Of a stretch of 64,000 nucleotides of DNA, positions 48,691 to 62,522 are shown one piece after another. Position numbers and translations under genes: made by a program. Positions within the stretch are counted from its first letter, which is position 1; each line of letters starts with the position of its first letter. Source of the DNA: Azolla caroliniana (Eukaryota > Plantae > Polypodiophyta); NCBI GenBank assembly GCA_043228905.1, contig JBHGNT010000005.1, positions 13,082,001 through 13,146,000 of the forward strand, written 5' to 3'. The notes under the pieces were generated by a model. It was not told the origin of the DNA. It saw nothing but the letters and a program-made list of their open reading frames with translations, and made no database searches.

Positions 48691-50300
48691 ATTATTCCTC
48701 ATATTTCCTGTCAGATGGGAAGTCTTTGTGTGTCGGCTCTAGTGGTACTTCGTTTGCTCCTTTAATGTAACTCCAGTATACGTGCCCAATCAAGTACTAG
48801 TGTATCTTCTAGGACCAAGATGTGTTGTTGCTCCTACCAAGCTTTTCTTCGGAGGTGAGTTGCCCATTCCTCTTTCCATGTTCTTGTTATTCTGGAAGAA
48901 AATAACGTCTCTGTGTCGTTTTTCTCTTTCCTGTCAGTTGTAGTGGATTCTCAAACCTTGCGCTCTGATACCATGTAAAAAGATAAGAACACAGTCGGCT
49001 ATGTCGAGACAGATAATAGTTAGGTAAACACAACGAATGTAAGATAGATAGTGAGAGAGACACGGAGTAAGCAAACAACAGAAACTATTTTCAAAATAAT
49101 AACACTTTGTACATACAACTATGCTCAGAGAGCACTTTTATACAAGCCTTGACAACACTTTGAACATACAACTATGATGGTACTGGAATGTTCATAGATG
49201 TGTCGGACACTAACTCTGCCTATAATATTCCTATTTACTATAATAGGAATATCGGTCCCTAACGACCTATCAAATTCCATCCAACTTGGCCATCAGATTT
49301 AACCTACTAGCGGATTTGGCTTTCGGCTTATTCAGCCGATTCGGGCCTAGCCGACTGGTCTCCATCCGATCCGTCTCTGGGTTTCTTTAGCCGATCCAGC
49401 CGAAGTTGACACTAACTTTGTAACCTAGCTCACGATGATGTTGATAGTGTCATTCTTGTATTGTAACCTTTGGAATACGATTTTTACATTGTGTCCTTCT
49501 TTGTCTCTCTCTCTCTCTCCATCTATCTCCTTGATCTTGCTTCCAATTGTTAACACGGTCTTAACATAGATGTTGTTCCTGTTCTGGTCTCAGACTCCAA
49601 CATTTGGTATCAGAGCTAGGTTCCTCAACTCGCCGTCGAGTGTCATCTGTCTTCAACAACATCCTTGCCCTTGTCTTCTTGGAGACTCTAAGTTCAGCAA
49701 CCATCAAAAGAAGAGAAGAAAGACACTAGTTGGTTTGCACTCCACTGAAGTAGATGTTGAGCGGAGAAGCTCAATCGGATCCGGATCGTCTGAATAAGAC
49801 GGAGCCCGATCGGTATCCGGAACGGAGAACTGGATAGGTATCTGGAATCAAGAACCAAATAGGAGAGATGGATTAGATTGTAACCGATAGGCTGTTTGAG
49901 GTCTACAATCTTAGCCTAGTGCATATGTAGATTCATTAGAGTTAGTGCTAGTCGCACATATGAGCATTGAAGTACTTGTCAGTACTTCTGTTAGTCCTTT
50001 TTAGGATAGAAGGTCGAGTTAGACATCCACCTATGGAATAAGTGGTTCAGTCATGTTAACTTCTCGCACCTTTGTGAAATGCAGATGAAGAACATCGCTT
50101 TCGGATTGCCGAAATTTAGTGGCTAGAACGGCCAAGTTTGCGAAGCCTGTCAGCTCAGGAAGCAGCACCGACTTCTGTTTCCCAATGAGTGTAATCGTAG
50201 TCAAAATGTGATCCATTTGGATATATGGGGACTGGCACAGAACGTGAGCATCAGAGGAAGTTGTTACTTCATAACCTTCATTGATGATTGTAAAATGAAC
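48690..50300. mobile_element. Copia 5' ends and LTR fragments in both orientations
   Basis: iMet PBS on minus at 48962-48973 and on plus at 49606-49617; IHLDIWGL integrase fragment at ~50208. Confidence 0.6.
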
Positions 50301-50429
50301 AACGTGCGGAAGCAACAGAAAACCAAACGTAGGAGAGAACACAGGTTTAATGGAAAGCTTGGACACACACAGTACGCGGGAGAGACAGAGAGAGAGTGTA
50401 TGTGAGAGAGACAATACACACACCTCTCA

Positions 50430-52980
50430 AGCTTTTGCAACACCTTCTCGCTATCCTTTGACAAATCTTCGGCAACCATCTTCATCTTTTGATTCATCTT
50501 TTTCTTCCACCAAGCATCCTTTGATCGAAATGTCATCTAAGAAGGGCATTGTGATATCAGGAATACGATCCTTTAACACTTTGTTCATGTAATTCACCAT
50601 GTGGGCTACGGAGTTTGTCACACCTTGGGGTAAGGTGCACCTTCTTACCAACCCGATCGGTGTCCTCATTGTTGTAATCTCTACTATCGACTAACAATTG
50701 AAATTGATCATAGCCCGAGTAGAGATCACCAATGGAATAGATCGATCTTCCCGCGAAGTCTTCGGCAAACTCATCCACGCTTGGACCGATTCTAGCATTT
50801 CGGATTGTCACCTTTTTGACGAGTTGGAGATCTTGAATAAAGCGTAAGGACCCATTCTTCTTCGGCACTGTAAACCATCTATTGGAGTAGGGAGCATTGG
50901 ACAGCTCAAGAATTCCCATCCTAACCTTTTCCTTTAGAATCTCAATCAACTTCGGAATGTGAGCTCTTGGAACTAGTATCGGCTTGAGGTTCCAAGGTAC
51001 ATGTGGCACCGTAAATATCACCATCAACTCTATCATCTTCGGGTCGGCACATCCGATTTCTTGTGGAGAGAAGGCAAAGGCTTTCCCATGTGTCTCAAGC
51101 ATCATTGTAAACCTTTCTTCTTCTTTGGGGAGAAGGAAGTCATCCTTCTCGACTTGGAGTTTCCCTCTTGATTAATTGGGGAAGATATGGCCTATCCCTT
51201 TTGGCTCTCTGAGACTTGGATCCTTGGTAACTTCTTTCATCCTTTGCCAGCTATCCTCCGGTAACGGAATAGCTACCGACTTGACCTTCTTATCTACTGA
51301 TTTATATTTTGTGTTTAATTTGACCAACTCCTCCATGACCCCTTGTCGGCATTCGTCGATGGTGGTATACATGTTGATGGAGTTGACTTGAATCGTATGT
51401 TGCTCATGAGGTCTCAAGTCCACGATACTCTCTATTTCTCTGATTATATCGTTAAATGAGGCTTCCTCCATGACCCATGATATGTTGTCAACTTCTTCTA
51501 ATATTCCTTATTCTTTTAGCCAATGTTCAAAGTTTTGAACTTGGCACTTCTCTCTCTCATTGAGTGTAGTTATCCCACACGCACCATTAGGTGCTAAATA
51601 TAGTTTCCCTTCTTGCTTCTTTCTTCTTTTCGGGGACTTACATTTTCTCGGACTATCTTTGGCCCCATTCTACAATAGTTCGTGTTAAAAATTTGAGGCC
51701 TCATCTCTGAGGCTATCTTGGTTCCTCTCATGATTAGCTCGCACTGTCAAGAATTGAACTGACTTTTGACCATCAAGACTCTTCACCTGAGCGAATGTTG
51801 CTCCACTATCGAACACCTTAGTCTCCATCCTTGATGATGTTATGTAGGGTTGCCCAAGAATCACCGAATGGGAAGCCGAATCTTGCACAAAAAAGTGTTG
51901 GTCTATCTCTACATCCCCGATTGTGACTTGAATGTTGGGACATGCTCCATAAAGATCTTTCGTTGCCTTCGTCACCGCATGAATCTTCCATCCATGGTTC
52001 GTGTTGATAGGCCATCTTCCCTTCTTGTAGAAATCCGTCGGCATCAGGTTAATCTCTGATCCGTGGTCTATAAGAGCCACAACCGTCTCTTTCTTCTCTC
52101 TAATCTTCATCAGAGTTTCCGTTGTTGCTCTCGCCCAATGGGGTCATGTATAATGACTGTACACTAGATTTTCTTCTTTCTCTTCCGTTCTTGTCATAGT
52201 TATGGCATTGGTTGTCACCTTTGTTGAAATTCCCTCTTCCTCATCTGCTTGTTGTCTTTTACGTTTGTTGTCTTCCTCATGGAAATCCTTCTTTGCAATT
52301 CCAAGTAGTTCTCTCAATGTAAGGTCAATACGGCTATCGAGCATTCTTTCTTCAAGAACCTTCCTTAAGTTAGTTGTTTGTTCAATATCCGACCTTACTT
52401 TATATGTTGGCATGGATCTATCCTTCCCCTTCTTGGCATTCTCTTCAATGGGTTCTTCGGTTCCTCGGCTCTCTTGTTTGAGCTTCCATCTTCTTGACGT
52501 GTGGTCTTGATAATCTCTTCCTTCTTTTTAAAGCTTCTTGTGTCATGTTTCCTAGAAAGGCCTTCATCTAGATCCATCCTCTTCCGCTTCTCATCCACAA
52601 ACACTTCGTGGGTTTCGCATATGACCTCTACGGAGATCGTGTTGTTATCAACCGGATCCGCCCACCCGGTAAGGTCTCGTACATGAAGGTTGGCTAGCTT
52701 TGCATCATCTGAATTAATCTTCCCTTTTTTTTCGTATTCGAGGACGATCGGCCAAAACCCCCTTCCCAGTTTAATCATTCCAAGCTTCTCCTTCCTGATT
52801 CTTATACTGGCAGATGCGGCATAGTGTATAGCTTCGACATGGCTCGCATCAGCCTCATCCATGATTTTCTTTAGACCCCCCATACCAAAATTCACTTGCA
52901 AGGGATTTCGTGTCTCACTTGAGTGTATAATATTGCCTTACATGTAGACGAGGTTTTGTCAAATTGCCTCTTGAAGGCTA
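50430..52980 (-). pseudogene. Third B-related Gypsy subfamily: gag C-terminus, protease, RT
   Basis: Motifs ALIDHGSEINLM, YSNRWFTVPKKNGSLRFIQDLQ, FLDDISIKG. Confidence 0.88.
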
Positions 52981-52989
52981 GCACAATCT

Positions 52990-55480
52990 TTCCTTGCATT
53001 ATCAACACTATCACACCATACACATCTATATGGGTCTGTAAAGAATCAGGTATGATTCTTGAGTAGTGGAAGAGATGTGTGTTATGTGTATGTGTGAGAG
53101 GAATTAGAGGAGAGATGAAAGAACACAAGATAGATAGAGAAAGGAATACTCAAGAAGAAAGTGTATATTTCACAAGTAGAATAAGAATTACAAAATGTAG
53201 CATAATAAGGAGTCACAATCGACTTAGTATGAAGTATGAGAAGGGTGCTTTATATAGAGTCACCCTCTCTCTTCATTAACTTACAACAACCACTCTCTCT
53301 CTTGGGGAATGTGAAGACTCATAGTCATCGGGAATATGTAGCTTATTAGTAATGTGTCATAGAATATGATTCTATGACACATAGTTAATGTGTAGAGAGT
53401 AGTGGTGTGACTCTTGACCTTTGTGTAATCATGGATTCTCAAAAGCTGTGTTCACACGTTGCACTATGATGAGCTTGATTCTCAACACGCCCCCTCAAGC
53501 TCAACTCGGGTCGGTTCCTTTTGATTGATGTTCGCTTCGGCTGGTATCCGGTTCGGATGATCTTCGGTGTTCGTTTTGGCTCGTACCCAGTTCAGACGGT
53601 ATCCGGTTCTCGCTTGTACTCCCCCTCAAGCTTGGCAAGTCAGGGATCATCAATCCGAGGTCTAACATGAATTGCCAAAGCTTGTTAGCTCCTAAGGCTT
53701 TGGTGAAGATGTCAACCGTTTGAAGATTCGTGTTGATGTGTTCAAGGTCAACATCTCCGGCCTGTACGCGCTCTGGAATGAACTGATAGTGCACTTCGAT
53801 ATGCTTTGTGCGTGCGTGGAACACCAGGTTTCGAGCCAGATATATACTGCTCATGTTGTCATAGTAAATGGGAGTCGGATCCTTGATGGGGATGCCCAGA
53901 TCCTTCAAAATACTCTTGAGCCATATGGTTTCACATGGAGCTACGACTGCGCCCCTGTATTCTGCCTCCGTACTCAAAAGTGCGATGGTAGGCTGCTTCT
54001 TACTACTCCAAAATATTGCTCTGCTACCAAGCGAGAAGACAAATCCGGAGGTTGATCGTCGATCGGCTTTATAGCCTGCCCAGTCCGCATCTGTGTACCC
54101 TTCGAGTCATATTGGTGTGGCCGATGCGTAGAGAACGCCATAATCCATTGTGCCGCTCATGTATCGTTATACTTGCTTAGCACAATCGAAATGGATATCT
54201 CGCAGAGTTTGCATGAATTGGCTAAGGAGTCCGACTGGATAGCTAAGGTCGGGTTGAGTGATCGTGAGATAGATGAGGCTCCTGATCAGCTGATGATATT
54301 GGGTTGGCTCGCACTCGTCAGTGCCGGAGTCAGCATCTAGTTTGAGGTTTCAATCGAGAGGCGTAGCGATCGATTTGCACTCCGTCATCCCGAACTTGTA
54401 TAACAAGTTGAGGATGTAGTGTCATTGTGAGATCACAATGCCGGTCGGAATCCAAATTACTTCGATGCCATGGAAGTAATGGAGCTCCTTCATGTCCGTC
54501 ATCTCAAATTTTCCGGAGAGGAGGGACTTGACCTTGTTGATGTCGACTAGACTTTCACCTCCAATGACCAAATCATCCACGTATAGGATGATGACAATTA
54601 AGCTTCTGGAGTCGTGTCGTACGTAGAGGGAGTTGTCGGATTTCGACATTTGAAAGCCGATTTGATGAAGATATTGCGTAATCTTCGAATGCCAAGCACA
54701 CAGTGCTTGCTTGAGGCTGTAGAGAGGCTTCTTGAGTTGGCATACGGCTTTTGGATGAATGCACAATTCAAAGCCGGGTGGTTGTACCATGTACACCTCC
54801 TCTTCTAATTCACCTTGAAGAAAGGCATGCTTGATGTCCATTTGGTGGAAGTGCCCACCCTTTTGCTGCTGCAAGTGCGATCACGGTCCGCACGGTCATC
54901 ATCTTTGCCACCGGAGCAGAGGTCTCTTCATAGTCGACTCCATGTGTTTGTACATATCCTTTCGCTACGAGTTCAACTTTGTAGAGGTTGACGGAGCCGT
55001 CGACGTTATACTTCACCTTGTAGATCCATCTGCAGCCAATTGCCTTCTTGTGCGGTGAGTGGGGAACGAGATCCCATGTCTCGTTCTTGCGTAATGCACG
55101 CATCTCCTCGTTCATTGCTTTGATAAAGGTTTCCGGCTCCCGTATTGTTGCCACCTTCATCATAAATGCGTAATGGTACGCCATGTACTCATCGTAGCTG
55201 AATCGGCTTACGGGGTTCTTTTCATGGGTTGATCAGTGGAGCTTCTCATTTGCAGATTCTAAGGCTTTCTTCACTCCATTTGTCTGGATGTCAAGGCCTT
55301 CAAACTCACTATCAAGGGAGTGAGTCGATTCGATGTCGTCAAAATGATCATCTTCATACTCTGGCATTTTGGCCTTCCCTTTGTCTAGCTTCGGACTCGG
55401 TCGAGATGTGCTTTGATCGCTCGAAGGCTCGTGTCGTCCGCTCAGTCAGTTCGTGATCGGACTTTCTTCGAACATGCGCG
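52990..55480 (-). mobile_element. Copia 3' half: RT, RNase H, PPT, 3' LTR
   Basis: Motifs [41 protein letters not shown]; PPT at ~53488-53498; the left boundary of the LTR is approximate. Confidence 0.85.
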
Positions 55481-55481
55481 T

Positions 55482-56577
55482 TGTCGTGCCCTTCGGCTCC
55501 GGATCGTTGCCTGAGTCGGGTGGGAACCGTAGAGGTTTTTGACTAGGAGGAAGAGGAATACAACTTAAGGCTAGTTATGAATAGTGGAAAGAGAAGTAAG
55601 ATAGCAATCTCGTGAATCCCACGAGTCTAGTGTAATTAAAACAATATTTAGATTATAAGGGCAATTAGATGGCAAAATTCGTGAATCCCACGAATGTATT
55701 AGATTGATCAAACCTTGTATCTTAATCAACAACCATATACATATTTTTCTCCTCCTTATATATAAAGATGGAAGAGGCTAAGCATGGCTTCATGCTTTTT
55801 CACCTAAAGTGCCCATGCACACTAAATGTGCATGTGATGCTTTGTCATTTCCTAAATATAGGGCTCATGCACGCTAGATGTGCATGAGTCACTTTTAATG
55901 TCACGTGTAAATAAAATATTCACACTCTAAAGAATACATGATTTTTACCTTTTAATAAAGGTATGTGTAAATAAAGGTCTTATACGTATTAAATCTATAT
56001 TTATAACACTAAAGATAAGTTATTACAATGGTAAAGTTGGGGTTTATCTACGTGGAGGTGCATGGTTCGAATCTTGCCCTATGCACGTGATAAATTCTTT
56101 TGATATATTATTTATTTATTTATATGTATCTAAAATCGGATATATTATTTTATGGTTTTCACGTAGTGTGTGGAATACACTACGACACTCGCCCCCTCCG
56201 AACCCGCACATCCTCCGGTATGTGCCGAAGTTCTCGATTCCCCATATCCGTCTTCACCCAAAGCTTCCTCCGATTCTCCCCTTATGTCGACTATGAGTTG
56301 TAATTCACTTTCTTCGCTTCCCGCATCACCGTGGTCTTCGTCCGATTGCTCCTCGTTGTCGGCCTTGGCTTGGATCACATAGGGTTTGTCGTCGGTCCGC
56401 TTCTTGAAAATCTTCATCCGCTTCCCAGCTATAGGCACTCGTAGTATTGTTCCATCCAACTCGGACAGTCGGTACGTTCCGTTGTCGAAGACTTTCCGAA
56501 CCTCGTATGGCCCGAACCACCTTTTCGTGAATTTCCGCATCGTTGTATGTTGATGGTCCAAACTATTGTCATAGACG
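55482..56577 (-). mobile_element. Family B 3' LTR (55482-56187) plus ~390 bp of integrase end
   Basis: Near-identical to 2774-3868 and 58230-59325. Confidence 0.93.
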
Positions 56578-56699
56578 AGTGAAAGTTTTCTTCAATAGTA
56601 TTAAAACATCGAGAAAGTACAAGTGAAAGTTATCTGCCCGTAGGTTTACAACGTAATGTATGTACACCTAAACTTGTACATGCAAAAACAACTTATATA

Positions 56700-58229
56700 G
56701 GGTTGTTGAGCCTTAAACGATACATTAACATGTTGGTTTTATATCAAGAAAAGGTCCATGGAAGATGATAATTCCATTGAGGTCTTTGGTTTGTCATTAC
56801 AAAGAGAGGCACCTTCCTCCATAAGTGAAGAAGCTTCATCCTTCTTTTATGAATATTTTCTGGAGAACCAGCCATGTTATCATACTGCCCATGAACTATT
56901 GTCAAAAATGTTTCCCATATCTCAAGCAATACCTCTGGAATGCCAAGTTTTGCGGCATCGTAAAGTCGACTGCATCTACATTTCCATAATACCCATAATG
57001 TTATCGTAGTCACAGTTTTCCAGATCTCAACAGATCGCATCTGCTTTCGAGGTTGCTGAAACGAACAAACTTATATCAATCTTCTGTTATATGCCGTCAT
57101 GGCCTCTTGCATATCATCTACCTCATACAACATCAGGCTAAAGCGTAATACTCCCCACACCGCTGCTCCCCATGAGAACAAGAAACCAACATTGATTGTT
57201 AGGAATAATGAAAGAACTTTATTCCATACTTGCTAAGCCAAGGGACAAGACCAGAGGGCATGCTTAGTAGTCTCCGGCGTTGCATAACATAATCCACATT
57301 GCCTTTTAACGTTTCCCTTTTAATGTTTGGCCAACTGGTAATGCAGCATGCAGTAATAGCCATCTAAAAAGAATAAATTTAGAAGGCCCCTTGAAAGACC
57401 ATATCCATCTCCAATATGTTTTCAGCTGCAACGTTGAAACACCCCAGTTAGTCCAATGTTTTTGTGCTGCTAGCGTCATTACATTCATAGACCTTAGTAA
57501 TGAACTTCCTAGCTTTATTGTATACTGAAAAAAGGGAACCTTTATGATATGTTCCCCCAAGGAATATGTCTAGAACCAACCCCCCAGATCCCATAGTAGT
57601 CTTGCAACAGGTTCTTTTGCATACAACCACATCATATCACACATATGTGCAATAGAAGGATAAGGATCCAGCAACCACTTCTTTCCCATTTTTGCAATCA
57701 CTCTGACTGGTGCATTCCGCACATGCTGAAAGTAGTTGCAGTCAAAAGCATGAGGCTGCATTCTATTGTTATCAAGAACCTCAAAATAAGAGATGGACCC
57801 ATTAGGTGAGATACCCTTGACAACCAACAATGTATCATTTATGAAGCTTCCAAACCAGAAATGCTCCTATATGGGTTCGAAAGTCGCCGCTAATGAGGAA
57901 TATGAAGATGAAATGGCAGCCGTCATTATCTTGGCTCCATGAATAGTTTGTAGTTGCGCAAGTCGATCTGCTTGTGGCATCTGTTGGAAACGAATCCAAG
58001 TATTTATAGAAGCAGTTGGCCCATTATCTAGTTTACCCCAAGCAAGGTGAGTTCTGAGACCCAGTACTTTTCCTATATTATCCCGAAATAGAGAATCTCT
58101 AAGAAGAGGCTGATTAAGCAATGCATCCCAAGTCGAGGGCTTCTCCTTAACTAGAAATGACTTGATCCCATCCCATGCCCTTATGATTCCTAACAAAAAA
58201 CGGTTAGAAGCTAGATCTCGCCTTGGCGT
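56700..58229 (-). pseudogene. LINE (L1-like) ORF2 C-terminal fragment (zf-RVT region)
   Basis: WRWIWSFKGPSKFILFRWLLLHAALPV, CGLC...ETTKHALWSCP, ITLWVLWKCRC. Confidence 0.78.
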
Positions 58230-58892
58230 TGTCGTGCCCTTCGGCTTCGGATCGTTGCGTGAGTCGGGTGGGAACCGCCGAGGTTTTTGACTAGGAGGAA
58301 GAGGAATACAACTTAAGGCTAGTTATGAATAGTGGAAAGAGAAGTAAGATAGCAATCTCGTGAATCCCACGAGTCTAGTGTAATTAAAACAATATTTAGA
58401 TTATAAGGGCAATTAGATGGCAAAATTCGTGAATCCCACGAATGTATTAGATTGATCAAACCTTGTATCTTAATCAACAACCATATACATATTTTTCTCC
58501 TCCTTATATATAAAGATGGAAGAGGCTAAGCATGGCTTCATGCTTTTTCACCTAAAGTGCCCATGCACACTAAATGTGCATGTGATGCTTTGTCATTTCC
58601 TAAATATAGGGCTCATGCACGCTAGATGTGCATGAGTCACTTTTAATGTCACGTGTAAATAAAATATTCACACTCTAAAGAATACATGATTTTTACCTTT
58701 TAATAAAGGTATGTGTAAATAAAGGTCTTATACGTATTAAATCTATATTTATAACACTAAAGATAAGTTATTACAATGGTAAAGTTGGGGTTTATCTACG
58801 TGGAGGTGCATGGTTCGAATCTTGCCCTATGCACGTGATAAATTCTTTTGATATATTATTTATTTATTTATATGTATCTAAAATCGGATATA

Positions 58893-61868
58893 TTATTTTA
58901 TGGTTTTCACGTAGTGTGTGGAATACACTACGACACTCGCCCCCTCCGAACCCGCACATCCTCCGGTATGTGCCGAAGTTCTCGATTCCCCATATCCGTC
59001 TTCACCCAAAGCTTCCTCCGATTCTCCCCTTATGTCGACTATGAGTTGTAATTCACTTTCTTCGCTTCCCGCATCACCGTGGTCTTCGTCCGATTGCTCC
59101 TCGTTGTCGGCCTTGGCTTGGATCACATAGGGTTTGTCGTCGGTCCGCTTCTTGAAAATCTTCACCCGCTTCCCGGCTATAGGCACTCGTAGTATTGTTC
59201 CATCCAACTCGGACAGTCGGTACGTTCCGTTGTTGAAGACTTTCCGAACCTCGTATGGCCCGAACCACCTTTTCGCGAATTTCTGCATCGTTGTATGTTG
59301 ATGGTCCAAACTACTGTCATAGACGATCACCCAATCTCCTTCTTCAATCCTCCTCGGTCGTAGTCGGTGCTTTGTGTCAAACCGGCTTTTGTTCCTTAAT
59401 CGTGCTTCTTGTTGTCGGCGTATTGCTTCTGCTATGTCTGCCGGTCTTCCCTCTAGTTGTCGTATCCGGACCGCTAGTAGTTCTTCCCGGCTCATCTCTT
59501 CCTTCCACGGTAGCACTGTCCATGTTGCGATCGCGGTTTCCGTCGGCATTACCGGTGCTTGTCCGGTCATGAGTTCTGTCGGCATGTAACTGGTTATGGA
59601 GCTATGCGTCGTCCGATCCGCCCATAGTGCATACAGAAGCATCTGCGGCCAGTCCTTCACCTTTCCATCGCATGCCTTCACAAGTGCTTTCACGATCGGA
59701 CTATGTCCTCGTTCGATTCTCCCGTTGGCGTCCGGATTGTATGTGGTTGTCAGCGATAACCGAACTCCGTGTTTGGCGAAGAATCCCCTAGCTTTGTCCG
59801 AGTCGAGTTCTCCCCGGTCCGCAATCACTTGTCCTACACACCCGTACCTGCAAAATACTTCCTCCAAAAGAAATTGGCATACCGCGGAACACGTTTTCCT
59901 CTGAAGCGCTCGACCTTCTACTTGATTCGTGAGATCTTCCCGAGCTAATACCAAGTATTTCTTTTGTCCGATCCCGGTCGGCATGGCCACTATGTCAACC
60001 ATCCACTTGAAGTTGATTGTCGGTGAGAATGTCGGATGTAACTCATCTCGATGTCGAACCCCGGAGTAGACTTGACATTTCTCGCAGCTTTCCGTGAACT
60101 CCGCGACATCTTTGTACATTTTCTTCCACCAATATTTTTGCTTGATCTTCACAAATGTTGCCCATGTTCCTCGGTGTCCAGCCCAATCGGATTCGTGAAA
60201 CTCGGACATTATCCGGTTTCGTTGCTCTTTTGTCCCGACTACTCGAAGTGGTATACCATCCGGTCTTTTCGGCGCCCTCCATATTAATCCGTTTTCCAAG
60301 AAGAATTTTTGGACTTGCCTCTTCTTCCTTCGGATTTCGGCTCTTCTTCCTTTATCGTTTGTCGAGTCCTCGGCCTCTTGTAACATCTTCCCGATCATCA
60401 AACTTTCTCCCTCGTATTCTTCTTCCCGGAATTCTCGGATTACGTTCACTCGGCATATGTGCTCCGGCGTGAAGTAGTCTTCGGAAACTTCTTCATTATC
60501 CGATTCGGTTATGCCGTCTCTGAACCGAGCCCTTGATAACATATCCGCTACCGCATTGTCCTTCCCCGAGATGTGTCGAACCTCCGGATTAAGCGACTTG
60601 ACATATGCAACCCACCTTAGCATAGCTACATCCGGTATCGTACAACACCGCATCATCCCGAGTATCGGAAGACAATCCGTCTCGATCACCACTTCGGCTC
60701 CGATCAAATAATCCCGATCCGATTTTATCGCCGACACGACCCCCCACAGTTCTCTTTTGACTTGCGCATATCCACGTTGCCTTTCGTTGAGAACCTTTGC
60801 TCCGAATCGGAGCGGATACCGCGAACCATCCGAGTCGGCTTGATTGATGACCCACCCGATACCGGTTGGACTTGTATCAACCGTTACTATGATCGGTCGG
60901 TCATAGCTCGGCTTCTTAAGTGCCTCCGCCCTCCGAAGTGTCTTCTTCAATTTCTTCATGGCTTTGGTGTGTTCCGGTTTCCATTCGAATTTCTTACCTT
61001 TCCGCAACAAGTGGTAGAGCGGGTCCCCTATATGTGCATAGTGCAGAATCCATATGTGATAGAATGCACATGCACCGAGAAACCTTCGGACTTCGGATGT
61101 TGACTCGCATACTTCCTCCATAGCTTGAATCGCATCGATCTTTGTTGGTGACGGTCTTCGGCCGTAGGGTCCACATAGATGTCCGACCACCAATATTTCT
61201 TCTTGCCCGAATGCCGATTTCTCCCCGGAAAGTGTTAGGTGCACATCTTCTAGCTTTCGCAACACTTTCTCGCAATCATGAATATGGTCGACCACGAACT
61301 TTCGGCATCCCCGATCATCCATAGTCTCATCTTTTTCTTCTACCGCGCATCCTTTCATCGGAATGTCATCGAGGAATGGCATCGTTATCTCCAGAATGCA
61401 GTCTCGAAGCACCTTGTTCATCGCGTTCATCATATGAGCAACCGAGTTTGTCGCTCCTTGTGGTAGTGTGCACATTCGGACTAATCCTATCAGTGTTCGC
61501 ATGGTTGTGATGTCTCGGCTCTCCACGGCTAGTTGGAATTGGTCATACCCCGAGTATAGGTCTCCGATGGAGTATATCGCACGACCGGCAAAAGCTTCCA
61601 CAAATTCGTCCACTATCGGACCGACTCCCGAGTTCCGGATCGTGACCTTATTCACCGGTTGCAAGTCTTGGATAAATCGGAGTGACCCATTCTTCTTCGG
61701 AACCGTAAACCATCGATTTGAGTACGGAGCAGTTGATGGCTCTAGAATCCCCATCGCCACCTTCTCCTTGAGCAAGTCAATGACTTTCGGAATATGCGCT
61801 CGTGGCACCGGAATCGTCTTCAGGTTCCACGGTACATGGTCAATCGTGAAGATCGCCATCGGCTCCAC
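58893..61868 (-). CDS. RT-RNase H-integrase (991-aa uninterrupted stretch of pol)
   Basis: All three domains lie in one frame; the upstream part of pol is frameshifted at ~61900 and ~62085. Confidence 0.88.
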   Translation of the reverse strand: MEPMAIFTIDHVPWNLKTIPVPRAHIPKVIDLLKEKVAMGILEPSTAPYSNRWFTVPKKNGSLRFIQDLQPVNKVTIRNSGVGPIVDEFVEAFAGRAIYSIGDLYSGYDQFQLAVESRDITTMRTLIGLVRMCTLPQGATNSVAHMMNAMNKVLRDCILEITMPFLDDIPMKGCAVEEKDETMDDRGCRKFVVDHIHDCEKVLRKLEDVHLTLSGEKSAFGQEEILVVGHLCGPYGRRPSPTKIDAIQAMEEVCESTSEVRRFLGACAFYHIWILHYAHIGDPLYHLLRKGKKFEWKPEHTKAMKKLKKTLRRAEALKKPSYDRPIIVTVDTSPTGIGWVINQADSDGSRYPLRFGAKVLNERQRGYAQVKRELWGVVSAIKSDRDYLIGAEVVIETDCLPILGMMRCCTIPDVAMLRWVAYVKSLNPEVRHISGKDNAVADMLSRARFRDGITESDNEEVSEDYFTPEHICRVNVIREFREEEYEGESLMIGKMLQEAEDSTNDKGRRAEIRRKKRQVQKFFLENGLIWRAPKRPDGIPLRVVGTKEQRNRIMSEFHESDWAGHRGTWATFVKIKQKYWWKKMYKDVAEFTESCEKCQVYSGVRHRDELHPTFSPTINFKWMVDIVAMPTGIGQKKYLVLAREDLTNQVEGRALQRKTCSAVCQFLLEEVFCRYGCVGQVIADRGELDSDKARGFFAKHGVRLSLTTTYNPDANGRIERGHSPIVKALVKACDGKVKDWPQMLLYALWADRTTHSSITSYMPTELMTGQAPVMPTETAIATWTVLPWKEEMSREELLAVRIRQLEGRPADIAEAIRRQQEARLRNKSRFDTKHRLRPRRIEEGDWVIVYDSSLDHQHTTMQKFAKRWFGPYEVRKVFNNGTYRLSELDGTILRVPIAGKRVKIFKKRTDDKPYVIQAKADNEEQSDEDHGDAGSEESELQLIVDIRGESEEALGEDGYGESRTSAHTGGCAGSEGASVVVYSTHYVKTIK

Positions 61869-62522
61869 TATTCTCGGATCGACGCACCCTATCTCCCTTA
61901 TGTAAATGCAAACGCTTTGCCGTGTTGCTCCAACATCTCGCGAAACCGTTCTTCTTCTTTTTGTAATAGGAACCCACCTCCACCGATCCGAAGTTTCTTC
62001 CGGGTCTCATCCGTGAAGGCATGTCCGATATCCACGGACTTCCGAAGTGTCGGATCTCCTGAGACTTCTTTCCTCTTTTGTTCCTATCGGCGGGTAGTGG
62101 TCCCGCAGCCGGTTTCACCTTCTTCTCCACGGTCTTGTATTTCGTACTTACCATTGCTTCTTCTTTACGGAGCGTATCCGGCTCCATTTTCGCAATGATC
62201 TCATACATCTCGACCGATTCCACCGGGACTACCCGGTTCCCTTGGCTTTTATCTTCCGCAAGCTCTTCAAGTCGTTGTAGCGTGCTCCCATAGAACACTT
62301 CTTCGACTATCCCCACGATTTCTTCATCTTCTTTTATTATTGATGCCGACCGCAACTTATCCTCCACTTGTTGGTATCCTTTCTTCAATCCTCCGGTTAC
62401 GGTCGTGTACGTAGATGCCCCATCCGGACCGATTCGTACATGTTTTGCTCCGAGAGTTTTCTTCCTGTGTGGGGTATCAGGGCGTCTCGGACTATCACTT
62501 CCCCACTCCGCAACAGTCCGCT

